Source of the DNA: Octopus sinensis
Taxonomy: Eukaryota
Direction: 5' to 3'
Assembly: GCF_006345805.1 (NCBI RefSeq)
Contig: NC_043005.1
Location: 39,184,001-39,248,000 of the forward strand
DNA length: 64,000 nt
Shown here: piece after piece, positions 40,009-54,429 of the stretch
Layout: the number at the start of each line of letters is the position of its first letter
Numbering within the stretch: the first letter of the stretch is position 1
Translations under genes and position numbers: made by a program
The notes under the pieces: generated by a model
What the model was told of the DNA's origin: nothing
Databases searched by the model: none
Seen by the model: only the letters and a program-made list of their open reading frames with translations

Positions 40009-40954
40009 ATACATATAGGAAAAACATAGTAGCAACATCAGTGTTGCTATAATTTCTACAGAGTATCTGTAGAGATACGATAACCTTAACAAAAAATGTA
40101 ACAGCGCACTGCTAACGCTGTAAAACGCGGTATAACAACGTTTAATATACTTTATAGTATATTATTGTTGCATAACGAAATATCACAAGTCATTTGTATT
40201 TACGTACCAGCTTCCAGGAATGCGTATAGTATGTATATTTGTTTATTCAGTAACAATATACTATATATAGTGGCTATTTAGGCAATGTGTTCGAGGATGA
40301 TTAATGGGTTAGATGGTTGCTGATGAAGGGGTAACAAAGCATATATGGCATATACAAACATTACCCATTTTTCATCTTCGATTTCATTGTTTGTTTACAT
40401 CTGACGTCTCGTATACGAAACGTTGAAGAAAATCAATGTTGGCTAAAATTTCTACAGATTATCTGTAATGATGACCTTAATATAAAAGTGCACTTCTAAC
40501 GCCGGTGAACGCGGTATTGACTTATAAAAAACGTTTAATATACTTTATAGTATACTACTGTTGCGTAACGAAATATCACGTGCCTAAATGTTATTAGTAA
40601 AATATGATCAAAATGAATATGATCAAAATGAACAAATAAATTCTGGCGCCAAGTTTTGAGTATCTCGTTTTCAAATTTGTGCAAACTATTCTGGTCAATT
40701 CTTTTTCGTGCATTTTCTATCTAATGTTTCCCCGAAACAAAAATGCGTAAAAATAAGTACAATAAATGGAGGCAAAATATTTGGGATGCCCAGTCGTTAT
40801 TCACCTCAAAACAGTAAGATTGCTATTCGTTAATACATTAGCAAAACTAACGTATTCAGAGGGACGAAAGACGCTAAATTAGCTTGTTTTACTGGCTTAA
40901 GTCTGTCATGAGCCTTTGGACTGATAAACTCAGAGATTAACTTGGTTTCAGTGC

Positions 40955-41170
40955 TATATAAGTAAGAATACAACAGCCACCTGTACTAAACTGGAAGCTA
41001 GGTAATTGAAGGGTTAACGTCCTCGCTATTACTGGAACTAGTTTACAAATGAGTGGACTGAAACAATCTGAAATAAGACCTTTTGCTCAAAAACGTGACG
41101 CACCATCCGGTCCGGAAATCGAAATTACGATTTTACGATCGTATATCCAACACTCTCACCTCTAGATAAC
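40955..41170 (-). mobile_element. Third tRNA-derived SINE family, decayed
   Basis: tttaca.atgagtggactg..gctcaa..ccggtccggaaatcgaa..acgatcgt. Further decayed copies at ~17225-17330 and ~56200-56335. Confidence 0.65.
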
Positions 41171-44100
41171 TCATCTTCACTTTATCTTTTTCCTCAAAAA
41201 TATTTAGTAAAATATAAGATGGATGATAGTAAAATATAATGATTGAGAATATCAAATTTTAATGAAATGACCGTGAATGATAGTTCAACTTCTAGAATAA
41301 CTCACTGTAACAACGATAATTTAACGGCATTATTATTAAGTTTCTTCATCAACATCGCCAACAACTTTCAAAGAATAACCATAACAATCGCAACATTATT
41401 GCAGCAAAAGCAATGTTTCACTTTAACTGTTTTTGCAAGTACCACCATCAGCATCACCATAATTATCACCATTTATTGTCTTTATTCTTGCATGAAAACC
41501 GCCACATTTATCTTAAATAACATTAACATTACTACCATCATGATGACGATGCATATGTCATGACACTTGTTATCAGTTAATTATTGATGCACAAATTATC
41601 TGCATTTAATTAGTGATGCTTATGATTAATAATCTAAAAAGTACAATAAAGAATATTTAATAAAAAGCAATACACATTTTAAACATTTCGTTGTCAAGCA
41701 TAATCGAATACACTATGAAACGAGACCAGTTTCATCTCAAAGTGAAGCCTTTATTAAGCAACTTACACGCTGTTGCCAATGCCGTCTGAGAGATATATAG
41801 TAAGTAGCTGTTTAGAGTGGTTACTCTATATTATATTCTTGCTAAATGATTTGCGTAACGCTGCTAGAAGTATTAAGTCAATGCAGCCATATCTCTATTA
41901 TTGTTCTATCATGTAATAATCGTTTTTAACGGTGGATCTTCATTTAGATGAAGTTATGAATAACCACTTATAGACTTTTTTCTGGGATTAAAATGTAGTA
42001 ACATAGTTCTTTATAGAACAGCCATATCATAGTGGCAAAAAAGCGTTACCGTCTAGTATTGTTACTACATTTAGAGATTTTAGAACTAGCTATTTTACTA
42101 GTTACGTGATCAGCGGCTGTGTACCGCTTCCCTATTTATATATTGTGAGTAGGGACGCTTGACTGCCATCTTTAGCAGGAACGTGTCCAGTACCAATGAA
42201 GGGTAAAGATCCAGAAACCATTGTCTACTGGTCTTCTAAACCATTGTCTACTGGTCTTCTCTTTCCTACAAGGTTGTGTCAGTAACCAACTGGAAAAGAC
42301 GTTTTCTTGGGGCTAAAATGTAGTAACATAGTTCTTTATAGAATATCCATGTTATAGTGACAAAAAACGCTACTGTCTAGTATTGCTACTACTTATATCT
42401 CATTTAGAGATTTTAGAACTAGCTATGTTACTCGTTAGAATACAAAACTTTTTCCTGGAAAATGTCGAAGGTTGCACGTAGATGGAAAAAATGCAAAGTG
42501 TTACTTTGATATAATTGTAAGATGCCTGTCATATTCATACATATAGGTTCGTGCCCAACAAGCAGCCTTTGACCTTTCTCTCTAAGTTGTTTTAACCCAA
42601 TATACAACATGCTTATTACCTATAAACTTTTCCAAGTCGAGTTTAACTGTTAAAAACGATATATTTATTATCTCTAGAAGTTTCTATTTTTCATATGATG
42701 TAAACAATGTATATTTCTTCCTAGTAAGAACAAACTTTCTAAAATGGATGAAGAAAATTTGAAGGGTTGCTTTGATATAAGGGTAGCACATCTGTCATGT
42801 TTACAGAAGTGAGTTACTGTCTTACGGACAGCCTCTAGCCTTATTTCTATCCAAGAGGTTTTTTAAGCTAATGTTCTGAATGCTAATAATTATAGCATTA
42901 TCTGCTTTGTGTGCCCACCTTCCAAAGCCATTTATTTCATATCACTCGCTGTTTCAAAAATTTCTATGACGTAAATACCATAATAGTCATATCTGCCGCA
43001 AGTATCATAAGTGATCTGTCACTTTTACTAATTCTGCTGCTTTATCAACTAATCCTCTTACTACCACCAATACCTTGATTACAGCTGGTATTACCGACGC
43101 TATTACCATTACTGTTACAACTGTAATCTCAACTGTATCTGTCAATAACAGCTGCCAATTATAACACAATATCGACAACAACAAATGCTACTACTATCAG
43201 CAGTTTACACGGGGTTATATTTAGTATAACTTTGACGGTTTATCATCAACATCCGATTGGTTAACTCTTTATATTTCAGACGAAATTTAACAAGGCTGGA
43301 GAGTAAATTCGATAAAGATTAAGTTTGTTGCATTGATTCAACAATAAAACAAGTCACCGCAGGCAAAATTAAGTTTAGGAAAAATATTTTCCTTTATTTC
43401 CTATTAAATTTAGATTTTGGTTTAATTATATTTTATTCTTTAACGTAAATGTCAAGGAACATAGTTCAACAAGTAAATTTCATCAGAGTTGATTTGGTCT
43501 GTTTTTATGATGCTTTTCTTTTTCCAAATGATTTTCAAACTGTTTTTCCTTTTTCCCTATCACATACATTTTTCGAGATACGAGTTTTGATTTAATTTTA
43601 TGTTGTTTACCTTCCTTATAATTCAAATTTTGTTTTACACTTTTATCTTTAAATTTGCTAATGTTTTGACTCCTGAGGAGGTAACCAAGAAAGCCATGGT
43701 ACACCATTACGACTGTACGGCACTTTCAAGTTGTTTAAAGAAGATTAACCCCTCGCAGAGTTTTGACGCGACAATGATAGTGAGAGAGAGCAGGAGTGTT
43801 ATTTTTCATTTTGAAAGCATTAAAGGGGTTTCTTCAAAAGACGTAAACTATTTATTTAAACTTAAGTACATAAACTTGTGTCACGTTATATAACACACTG
43901 TGTTCTTATTCCTATCAAGATGGAGTCAAAACTACTGCAGATGAAACATATATTGTTGAAGCTGCAATTGGCGAATGTACTTGATTTTTTATAGATTCCG
44001 TGTATGAATCAGAGAGGTTAGGTTCATTATTTTTCATTTGCTATAAGAAAACGTGAGCGATCTTACGAATTCTTTAGAAAATTATTAAAAATAAAAAAAT

Positions 44101-45446
44101 AAAAACAGAATTCATCGCCTCTCTCTTGGTAGAAAGGTACTACTCGATTAACGAAAATGTAACATTGAAATGTTTATATTTCTAAATGGTGGCTCGTGAA
44201 ATTACTGAAATTTTTGCTCAGTTTATATGAAACGCAGCTTGCAAGTGAATGGTAACTTCATATTAATTGATGGAAATGTATGACAATCTATCCTCGTAGC
44301 CCTTTAAGTGCATTTAAAGAATCTTATGTTAATGAGGATACGTCTTTATATCAGTTCAAAACAAGTGTCACCAACGATACCTTTGTGAAAATATTCAAGT
44401 AATTAATATTTCGATAGGCAAACAAAGACAGTCACCAAACAATGCTGTTTTCTGTCTATAGGACATAACACAATTATAGAGCGTGTCTGTCTCATAAACA
44501 ACATTTACTCAAAGAAAATATCTTAACCACTTCTTCAAGATAAGCTCCGTTCAATGTAGACATTTGTTACTGTCACGAGAAAAATAAAAAATGACACGAT
44601 TTGAATTTCCCTTATTAATATTTCTAAACTTAATTGCTGTCAAAAATTAAAGAGAGTGCTTTAATAGAATCAGTTATCCAAGGATTATTAAAAAATAACA
44701 CTTTTGATTCAAACATGCTTTCCCCATTGTTCTGTGCTAACATTTTTGCAAGTCACGTGTTGCTTCATTTGAGAAAATAATAGAGGTTTCCAAAGTATGA
44801 GTTGTTGTTGTCTCCTAAATTACACTTCTAATGGTTGTTAAGAGATTATTGGTCATACGCAGAGAGAAATAAGACTCGTAGTGCTCCTGACTGGAGAAGC
44901 AGGTCTCCTTTACCTACAATTACCAATATACTGCCAGCATACAATAACCTATCTCTTACCGGTTTTGTCTTTCTACAACCATCATCACTACCATTCACAC
45001 TTATAAGTATCTCCAGTATCTACATCCTTCGAATGATTGTAAGACAACATCCCTTACCATCTTATTTTTTCATCTGTAACTGAACTCATTTTTAAATACC
45101 TTGACCGGATCTTATCATTCGTGTTAGCCACACCCCTACGACACCATGTATTCCCTTATTCTCTTCATCTTATTCATATCTGCTCGTGACTTCTCCCAAT
45201 CTAAACGAAAATTGGACTATGCCAAAAGCCTTTTGCTTGAAATTGCTTCGTGCTTAGCTTATTGCTTACATTAATAAATATTTCTTCATATGTATATTTT
45301 ACAGCTGTTTATAGGAATTTTAAATGAGAGAATGTTATGATATATTTCATATTTTGTTCTAATCACCAGTTTTATTCGAAATATTTACAAGCCTCTTCAC
45401 AAGAGTAAATGTAAAATTAACCCACGTATCTAGCTGTGTAATATAA

Positions 45447-45675
45447 TCTTTTATCTTTTGCTTGTTTCAGTAATTAGACTGCAGCCAGGCTTGGGCACCG
45501 CTTTGCGGGGTTTATAGTGGAATAAATCAACCCCAGTACTTCACTTTTTACTTAAAGGCTGCCTTATACTTATTTTATCGGTCTCTTAAGCCGAACTACT
45601 AACTTACGAGGACATAAACACACAAACACCAGTTGTGAAGCGGTGTTGGAGTATAAATACGGAGACAAAGGCACA

Positions 45676-45754
<79 letters not shown>

Positions 45755-45924
45755 CAGGTTTCACTTTTTAACAAATCCACTCACAAGGCTCTAGTCAACT
45801 CGACTCTATAGTCGGCCCAAAGCTATAGTAGAAGACTCTTGTCCAAAGTGCCACACCATGGGACTGAACCCGGAACCATGAGGCTGGAAAGCAAACTTCT
45901 TAACGCATTTCTACACCTGTGCCT
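45447..45924 (-). mobile_element. tRNA-derived SINE, full length (same family as 15558-15962)
   Basis: Colinear similarity, including the internal (CA)/(TA) tract. Confidence 0.85.
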
Positions 45925-46497
45925 TTGGTTAGAAATTTACGAATATAATTGAAAATCTAAATTTCAAATGAATGAAAATGAAATATAGTTAGAGATAAAT
46001 TATAATGAATGTTGGTCCTTATTAGAAGGGAACAGCATTTCGAAACGTCGCGGAAAAGTGTTGATTAATTTCGAATTAATAATTTAAAAGAACAAAGAAA
46101 AATGACACCAAAAACATATTTTACAATCAAATTGCTGAACCAGGAACACATTGACGTTTGGGTCGTGACAACTAAATATCCTTTTTTAAAAATGTCACTA
46201 CAAGCAATGCAATTTACATTATCATTTGTAACATTAGTTTTGCAAAGGATTTTTGTTTGATTTAGCAAGATTTCATTCAGCTTTCTTGTTCTCTGCTGAA
46301 ATTGAAGATAAACAGGAAATATACTTAAATTTAACGAATACAGTATTATAAATATATTTTCATTTTACTTGAATGTGCCTTATTAATTTGGCTTCATGTT
46401 TATTATTATTATATTTATAATACATGCAATCATTATAATCGTGCATATATCTTTTCGTTACTCATTCACTCGCTCTCATCCATTCTCTCTCTCTCAA

Positions 46498-46546
<49 letters not shown>

Positions 46547-47278
46547 AAATACATATAGATACATATATTTATATATGTATGTAAGTATGTATGTATGTAT
46601 GTATGTATGTATGTATGTATGTATATGTATACATTAGTATACTTTATAGCTTCTTGATGTTTTTGCAATATATCTTTCCTGTTAGAACTCGAAACAGAAC
46701 ATATAGAAGGATGTATTAATTAAATTAAAGCACACAAAATTAAATGACATTAAATGACACTAGAAAATCTCTTGATCGAGAGTTTCCTTTCACACCATTA
46801 TTTTTGAATCAATAATACAACGCAAAGCAACATACAATGCAAGCGAGTCTAATGCTTAGATGATATTTATTTTATGGCAAAAACACGGTAATTACAAATG
46901 TTTATATATTATTCTATGAATATTACACAATAAAATTACTCGTTTTTATTGTTTGTTCTCGTGTGTGCACTGACAAGTAGATGTTACAATCATTGCTTTT
47001 AAAATATACATATGCTGTCTACTGTTACAGAGATATATATGTTCCTTTTAATTCTTTTTACATATTCTGTGAATTCGTGTATTTACTTGTTTATTAAATA
47101 ATATACATTTATTTTACTTTTCCAGAAAATAACATTCGAAAAATGCAATTCTTGAAAGGAAAATTTTTAGGAAGAAATAAAAAATAGAAATAAATGGTAG
47201 CAACGTCCATGGAGTTGATATTTCCAGGCAGAGAAGAAATAGAATAAATGAATCACATAGTCAAAAAACCAAGGTGTA

Positions 47279-48570
47279 CGTGGTGGGCTGATCGATAAGT
47301 ATCCTGACTGTTGACCATAGTAACGAAGCTAAAGTATAGAGAGTGAGGCCGCTTGGCACACATTGACCTTGAACTCTCCTGTGCATGAGCTCTAAGGTTT
47401 AATGTTCTAGCTCACTTCCACCATTTACAGCAGTAATTGGGAGGAACGTGTGTAACGCGTGATCGTCGCATTGACCACGGCAGAGAAGGTTGAGCAGATA
47501 ATCTTCATCAAATTTTGCCAAAAGCTTGGCGAAAGCTGCTCAGAGGCCTATGCAGAGGTGTATATAAGGTGCACTCAAGTGTACGAGTGATTTAGACGTT
47601 TCTAAGATGCCCGAAAATATGTCGATAGTGATGAATATTCTGGAAGACTCGCAACTAGCAGAACTGAGAAAAATATCGCATATGTGCGTGCAGCTGTGAG
47701 GGGGAGATCGTCGAATCACCATCCGTGAGTTATCAGGGAATGTGCAGATTAGTTACGGCTCAGTTCAGTCCATTATCGTTGAAGATTTGCGCACGAGACG
47801 CAAGTCTGCCAAGTTTGTGGCAAAACTGCTTTCAGCTGACCAAAAGGACACTTGGGTTTCAGTTGCACAAGGTCTCTTTGATTGTGTCGCGAACGATGAA
47901 AACTTTTGAAAACGGTCATAATGGGTGATGAATCGCGGGTTGATGCCTGTGATCCTGAAACAAAGGCTCAGTCTTCGCAATGGAAAACCCCCAACCTTCT
48001 CGAGACCGAAGAAAGCACGAATGAAATGTGAAGACACTGTTAACCGTTTTCTTCAACTACAAGGTGATTGTTCATCATAACAATGCTCCACCTGGTCAGA
48101 CAGTAAACAATGAATATTACCGTGACGTTTTGCAGCGTTTACGGAATGCTATTCGTCGGAAAAGGCCACAATTCCATGCGTCCGGTGAGTGGCAATTGCA
48201 CCATGACAGCGCATCTGTCCATTCAGAGCAGCTTGTGCATCAAGTTTTGACTAGGAACAGCATTCCCAGGTCAGACAACCTCTGTATTCTCCAGATCTCA
48301 CCACTTACGACCTTTCCGTCTTCACAAAAATCAAATCCCACTTGAAAGGAAGATTTCAGGACGCCGAGGAAATCACAGTGAATGCGAAGAAGCAGCGGTT
48401 GATTATGACTGTAAACGAGTTCCAAGAATGCTTCCATTAATGAAAGCAGTGCTTGATTAAGTGTGTGGCCTTCGAAATGGACAAATTTGAAGGAGATGAA
48501 ATGTGAAATTGGCATGTGTTCTAGTTTTGTTTTTATAGCACAAGTCCAGATACTTATTGATCAGATTTCG
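47279..48570 (+). mobile_element. Tc1/mariner DNA transposon, TIR to TIR (~1.29 kb), transposase inactivated
   Basis: TA-flanked TIRs (cg..ctgatcgataagtatcctgact / agtccagatacttattgatcag..cg). Transposase remnants EKVEQ.IFIKFCQKLG, DRRITIREL, AKFVAKLL (WVPxxL position), GDESRV..DPETKAQSSQWK, QLHHDSASVH, with several stops and frameshifts. Confidence 0.92.
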
Positions 48571-48694
48571 TAAATAATATTGTAAACAAAATGTGTAGAT
48601 CATTGAATGGTGCGTGTATAGTTAAATAACAAACTCAACAACCTTACATATCTATCTATTTGTCTATCTATGTATCTATTTATCCATCTCTCTC

Positions 48695-48732
48695 TGCGCG
48701 CGCGTGTGTGTGTGTGTTTGTGTGTGTTTGTT

Positions 48733-48778
<46 letters not shown>

Positions 48779-48852
48779 TGTGTGTGTGTGTGTGTATGTG
48801 TGTGTGTGAGTGTGTGAGTGTCTGTGTGTGTGTGTGTGAGTGTCTGTGTGTG
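48695..48852. repeat. (GT)n microsatellite
   Basis: Directly visible. Confidence 0.97.
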
Positions 48853-48930
48853 CAGAGTAAAATTAATTTTTCCACAAGAGCAAAAGTACTCAGAAAAAAC
48901 TTACTTTATGAACAGTTATATACAATTACT

Positions 48931-49533
48931 TGAACAAGTTTTCCTGAGATACGTAAACTCGCTCAATATTCTTTTACTCTATCCACCAATGCGACGTGAC
49001 ACTATGGCCTTTAATTATCACTAGATCTGAACAACTCATTTGAAACCATCACTGTGTCTATGGCTAAGAGATCTGATGCCTTTTCATTAGGCTTTATACC
49101 ACAAGCAGTAGGATCTGGTACATTTCTTAACATATTGTAAATAAAAAGCCTATACCTTATGTGGGAGAATTGATCCTTCACATATCCATGTTTGCAATTA
49201 GCAAACACTACACAATTTCGAAGTTGGCATCTGCTAACAACCTGGATTATAAAATTCCGTATGACACTTATGCTAAGTTCACATTTCTTTCCTCTTTCGA
49301 AGACTATTTGTTTAAACATTGGCCTTTAATGTAATACTTGATGTTACACTGTATCATTGACAAAAACTTTCTTGCATCAATACGGCAGCTAACATTGCAT
49401 TTTGAGCAGGATCACAAGCAGTGTCAGTGCGTTCTAATGTGATTGTATCCCAACGTTTGCCAAGTGTCAACTTGCGATTGGCTTCAAAGTCAAGTGTATG
49501 GTAAGCTCCCAGCTTAAAATATTGGTATTCTGC
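48931..49533 (-). pseudogene. PELO: Pelota (Dom34/PELO, eRF1 family) pseudogene fragment
   Basis: Manual translation AEYQYFKLGAYHTLDFEANRKLTLGKRWDTITLERTDTACDPAQNAMLAAVLMQESFCQ*YSVTSSITLKANV*TNSLRKRK..NFEIV*CLLIA..GYVKDQF..YNMLRNVPDPTACGIK.NEKASDLLAIDTVMVSNELFR..LVDRVKE. This parallels pelota ([91 protein letters not shown], human sequence recalled from memory). Confidence 0.9.
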
Positions 49534-50510
49534 AAGCTGTGAAAAAGGACTGGAAGAATAATATTCTTCGTCTAATTTTTAAAATTTTCTTAAAGAGATA
49601 CTGCTAGTTCTTTCAATGGCGAAGTTTTAATTTTTTGCTCGTTTTGTGCTCGTTACCCGTCTACTTATTTATATTTTTCTTGGAAATGTTTGATTTCACT
49701 TTTTTATTTTTTCATTTTTAGTTTTTAGAATACATTTGTTGAAGGTGACCATTTTGTTGAATTTCCAGCCTGAATTTAGAATCTAATAACATTCCCTCCA
49801 AATTTTATTCGTTTTTCGGATATAGAGCTTTGCAATAAATTATGTATATAGAATAACAACATATCCCGCTGGACTCCATTTCTGCTTTTGTGATTTATTT
49901 ATAAGTAAATTCGACTCATTTATTTCAACTGTCATCATTTTCATCAAATAGTGCTATGCTTATTTCGCTTGCCCTGTTTTACTGAGTTCTTGGTCTAATA
50001 GTTTAAAAGTGCACTTTCCCCTATTGATAACCTTGGACTGAATTATATATTTTATATTTGAATTATTTTTTATAATTGTTTGTGTCGGCGATGGGGCCTA
50101 AGTCTGGTAGTGATACAGAATGCACTTCGTTAATTTGCTTACATGTTGCATGCGATTTCCTATTTCTGTGAATATTTCTAACGCATCAATTATGAGCAAT
50201 AATGATTGATAAATTTTACAGTGTTAATTTTACAGATATTTTTCAGCATTTTCACCAACACATTTTCGATTTGATTTGTTGCCTTTTAATCATTGTTATT
50301 GGATGTTTTTCGAGGCTGTCAAGCAGCATTCCTGGAGATTATTTATTGCAATGTAGATTTTCGTTATATTATAAAGATTTATATTTAAATATTTTATGAT
50401 AAATTATAGTTTATGATTGAGAATCTATGGTAAACAGTAGTTAGTGAGTTCTATAAATAAATAGCGTTTAATGAATTACGTTAATGTTTATATATACATA
50501 CATGTACCAC

Positions 50511-50561
<51 letters not shown>

Positions 50562-50678
50562 CACACACAAATATATACATACAGATTCTTTCATATACTC
50601 ATGTAGATTTATATACATATGTATCTTCAGGTGTATCTTTGTATGTATATGCATATATATATATATACATGTACACAA

Positions 50679-50751
<73 letters not shown>

Positions 50752-51344
50752 AATGTATGCACGTATTAAGAGTTACATGAGAGGCGGGTTAGTGCTAAAT
50801 TAGGCAAAAATTATTTTTCCTTTTCATCTTAAAGATTTATTCAAGCAGAGCTAATTGATGACCAGATGGCAAACCGTTCAACAGAATAAAATGAACAAAG
50901 TATTTCATAACAGGATAATGAAAACATGATAGAATAATATTTAGTTATCAGTAGATTATTGACCAATTACGAAGTATGATAGAGATTCGTAAAACTATTT
51001 AACGACGTGCGAATAAGAATGATTGAAAGTTCTCTCTATCGTACAGTAAAAGAATATAAATAACTGAAAAATTTTATATAAATAATAATGTAAATAGTGA
51101 TAGTAAACTATTTTTATGAGTTAGTTTTAGTCTGAAGGAGTAGCGTTGATATATTTAAAGATGATGTAAAAAGAACTTTGAAAATATAAGCAATGTCAAA
51201 ATGATGATGTACCTTCGGCTGCTTTGCTATGTAGCTGTATAAATGTATAACTATATCAGTATATGGCTGCTTAACTATATAGATCTGTCCCTATTAATCT
51301 TCCACTAATTATCAAGTATCATATCTAGCATTAGTTTTCTGAGG

Positions 51345-51544
51345 GATTTTACCCACGCACACACACACACATGCACACACATATACACACACACATACGC
51401 ACACACAGATAGATATGCACAGAGACAGACAGATGGATAGATAAATATATACAGACAGACATACATACATAGACACACCGAGACACACAGATAGCTAACT
51501 AGCTAGATAGGTAGATAGGTAGGTAGTTAGATAGATAGATAGAC

Positions 51545-51579
<35 letters not shown>

Positions 51580-51602
51580 TAGACAGACAGACAGATAGAT
51601 AA

Positions 51603-51674
<72 letters not shown>

Positions 51675-51825
51675 GTAGGTAGGTAAGTATGTAGGTAGTT
51701 ACGTAGGTAGGTAGGTAGGTAGGTAGGTAGGTAGGGAGGTAGGTAGGTAGGTAGGTAGGTAGGTAAGTAGGTTGGTAGGTAGGTGGGTAGGTAGGTAGGT
51801 AGGTAGGTAGGTAGGTAGGTAGGTT
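51345..51825. repeat. (CA)n-(GATA)n-(GACA)n-(GGTA)n compound satellite
   Basis: Directly visible. Confidence 0.96.
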
Positions 51826-52229
51826 GATTGTTTAAAATTTGCTTTTATGCCACTTTATAAAAATATTTAACATCCAATTCATGACTTACTCAATATCTTT
51901 TGTCGAGTACATACATATTACTCGAAGTGGGCTAGCAAGCTGAATCTTTGAAGTCACTGTCATCCAGGTTCTTGTAAAAGTATAACATACATACTTGTAT
52001 GCAATAATTAATTATAGATACACATCTGCAATAATTACTTGATACAGTCACAATATTTAAAGAAAATTTTCTTAGAAGTGATTAACTAGCAATAAAATTT
52101 GTTTTCGAAACCTCAATGATAAGACGTTTTGGGAAACATATTTTTATTATGTGTGTAAGCACTTTCGTCATTCAACATAGACACATGTTATCGGCTAATC
52201 CATATGCAAGAAGTTGTTTTCAGTAAAGA

Positions 52230-52690
52230 TGTTGATTATCTCCGGTTTTGTTTCGGATACAGAATGCTTATAATGTATCTTTCTTTGGAGTTTTGCTGTT
52301 GATCATATTGTTATTTTATTCCAAATAATGAAATATTTATGAATTTTCCATGTGTGCAAATCTCAAGATGTTCACTACACGGAACATTTCTTAGAGATGA
52401 ATCTTTAATTTGCTGTTTGTGCGTTCTCGCAAACCGATTTAGTTTGTTCCTATTCCTCCAATGTAATTCTCATTGCAATGTGAGCACGTGATGCAATAGA
52501 TGTATTATTTCATTTCACTTATTATATTCACTTTTCTTCCCTTTCTAGTAGTTTCTGTATATGTTGGTTGTTTTTCGTTCAATTATATCACACGTCCCAC
52601 AACGAAGTTCTCTGCAGTTTGTTACCTGCATTATTTATTTCTCTGACGTGATTCTCTTTAGAGATTTGGTCGCTGTCTTCGGGTGTTGAT
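52230..52690 (-). mobile_element. PLE GIY-YIG remnant (different family)
   Basis: C..LRCGTCDII..; YCITCSHCNENYIGG..RTHKQQIKDSSLRNVPCSEHLEICTHGKF..KERYII. Confidence 0.7.
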
Positions 52691-53589
52691 AATTTTTGAT
52701 TACTTCATTATTTATCGGATAGTCGATGATTAATGTAGAATAGGAAAGTATTGTTTGGCAAAATGTAAGACGTGGTTTCTAAGACTATAGGTAACTATAA
52801 ATGGAATTTTTATATTTTAATGATCATTTTCGCGTATATAATGTGAATGTTTCTTCTCAAGGTAGAACTGAGGTTCTCTTTTGCTTTGGTTATAGCAAAG
52901 TTCACTAAGCTTGGTGGAGATTTCTTTCAGAAGAAACATATTTAGTTCTATCATACATATACACATACACACACTCAGGCACGCACGCACGCGGGAGCTA
53001 ACACACACACACACACACTCATATATACATATATATTGTGTAAATAGGGTGAAAATTCAAGCTGTGTCATCTGAAGCGCACCTGCCTATTCCAGTATTCC
53101 AATTTTGTATATAGTTGTTATGTAAGGTAAGCATGAGTTGAAAATTCTGAAAATATTGTTTTCAGAGTAACTATATATCAAAACAGGATATTGGAAATGC
53201 TTTTGAGTGTTAATTATTCACATTAAACATGTTACATTTGCTAATAAAATTTGCAAAGTTATACATGTAGGATAAACACGGATGAAATCTCCTGTTATAA
53301 AATCGCCAGACAGAATCAAATGATAGAAAATTTGCATTTAGATGAAGTGCCTATACATACTTAGTAATCAGGAGTAGTATAGATAGTTGGGAGAGAAAAT
53401 AAAGAGAATAAAGAGCAAATCAGGAAGGAGAGAATTGGGAATTGAAATAATAAGTGAATATAAATACAGGCACATATATCAATGTACACATACATCACCA
53501 CTTAGACACACACACTCTCGCCATATACATAAATGTGAACAGACACACACATATATCCACATACATATAACAGCATTAGGAATAACCCT

Positions 53590-53810
53590 ACCCCCACAAG
53601 ATCCTGTAATTTGAAATCTCCGGTCAGCTGTCCTCTGTACAATAGATACCTGGAAAAACAACTAGTGAACAAAGACAACATTGCAGATTTTGGACGGAAT
53701 AACAAATACTTGTATTGGAATGACGGGAAACACCTTCAAAGAAAGATATACACAGCATTTGGCTGAACTCAGAGATAAAAACAAACACGAACACCCCCAC
53801 CCCTCTACTT

Positions 53811-53844
<34 letters not shown>

Positions 53845-54060
53845 CATCCTTATCCAACATAGTATGGGTAGTTAAAGGGAGGGGTGTGAGCAATCCCCAG
53901 AGAAATTAGAGTATTATAGCTAAGACCAGAAAATATAGGGGACGTGGCAGCAAATGTGAATTTTGCATTACCGAAAAACTAAATATCATAACATCAGCAG
54001 TGAGCGTTTAAAATATTATGGATTAATCCTTCTCCTGCATGCACAAGCAATAATTCGCAA
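53590..54060 (+). mobile_element. PLE GIY-YIG remnant (CxC..CPL / CxxC..EK type), interrupted by (CA)n
   Basis: RSCN..SCPL; TCIGMTGNTFKERYTQHLAELR; LSNIVWVVK; YRGRGSKCEFCITEKLNII. Confidence 0.75.
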
Positions 54061-54429
54061 TTCGAATTTTCAAGCATGACCCTCCGATTATATAACTGAT
54101 AGTATATGCACATATGTGTATATAATTGCGGAGTTTCACATATTTTCCTTATATTTTGACACCAGAGTTACACCATGGTGTTCTGAATTCATGGAATTGC
54201 GATTTAATGACATTGTATATCCTACCGTGTCATGCACATATGCATATATACACACGTACACACACACACATACACACATCCGCATTGTACATTTTGTTCT
54301 CGTTTGAGTGAGCGCATATAATTTTGGAGTGATGTGAAACTTGGTCCGTGGGATTGTAAATTCATAGGGCTTTACATTCATGACATGTCATGTCATGAAT
54401 ATGTGTAATGAGGGAGTTCAGCTTACGTT

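Noticed and set aside
44835-45250. ORF 44835..45083 with SISSIYIL, resembling an APE endonuclease motif
   Set aside because: Single weak motif; insufficient support.
46015-46055. ..gaagggaacagcatttcGAAACGTC.. half-hammerhead
   Set aside because: The CUGANGA strand is absent and stem II does not form.
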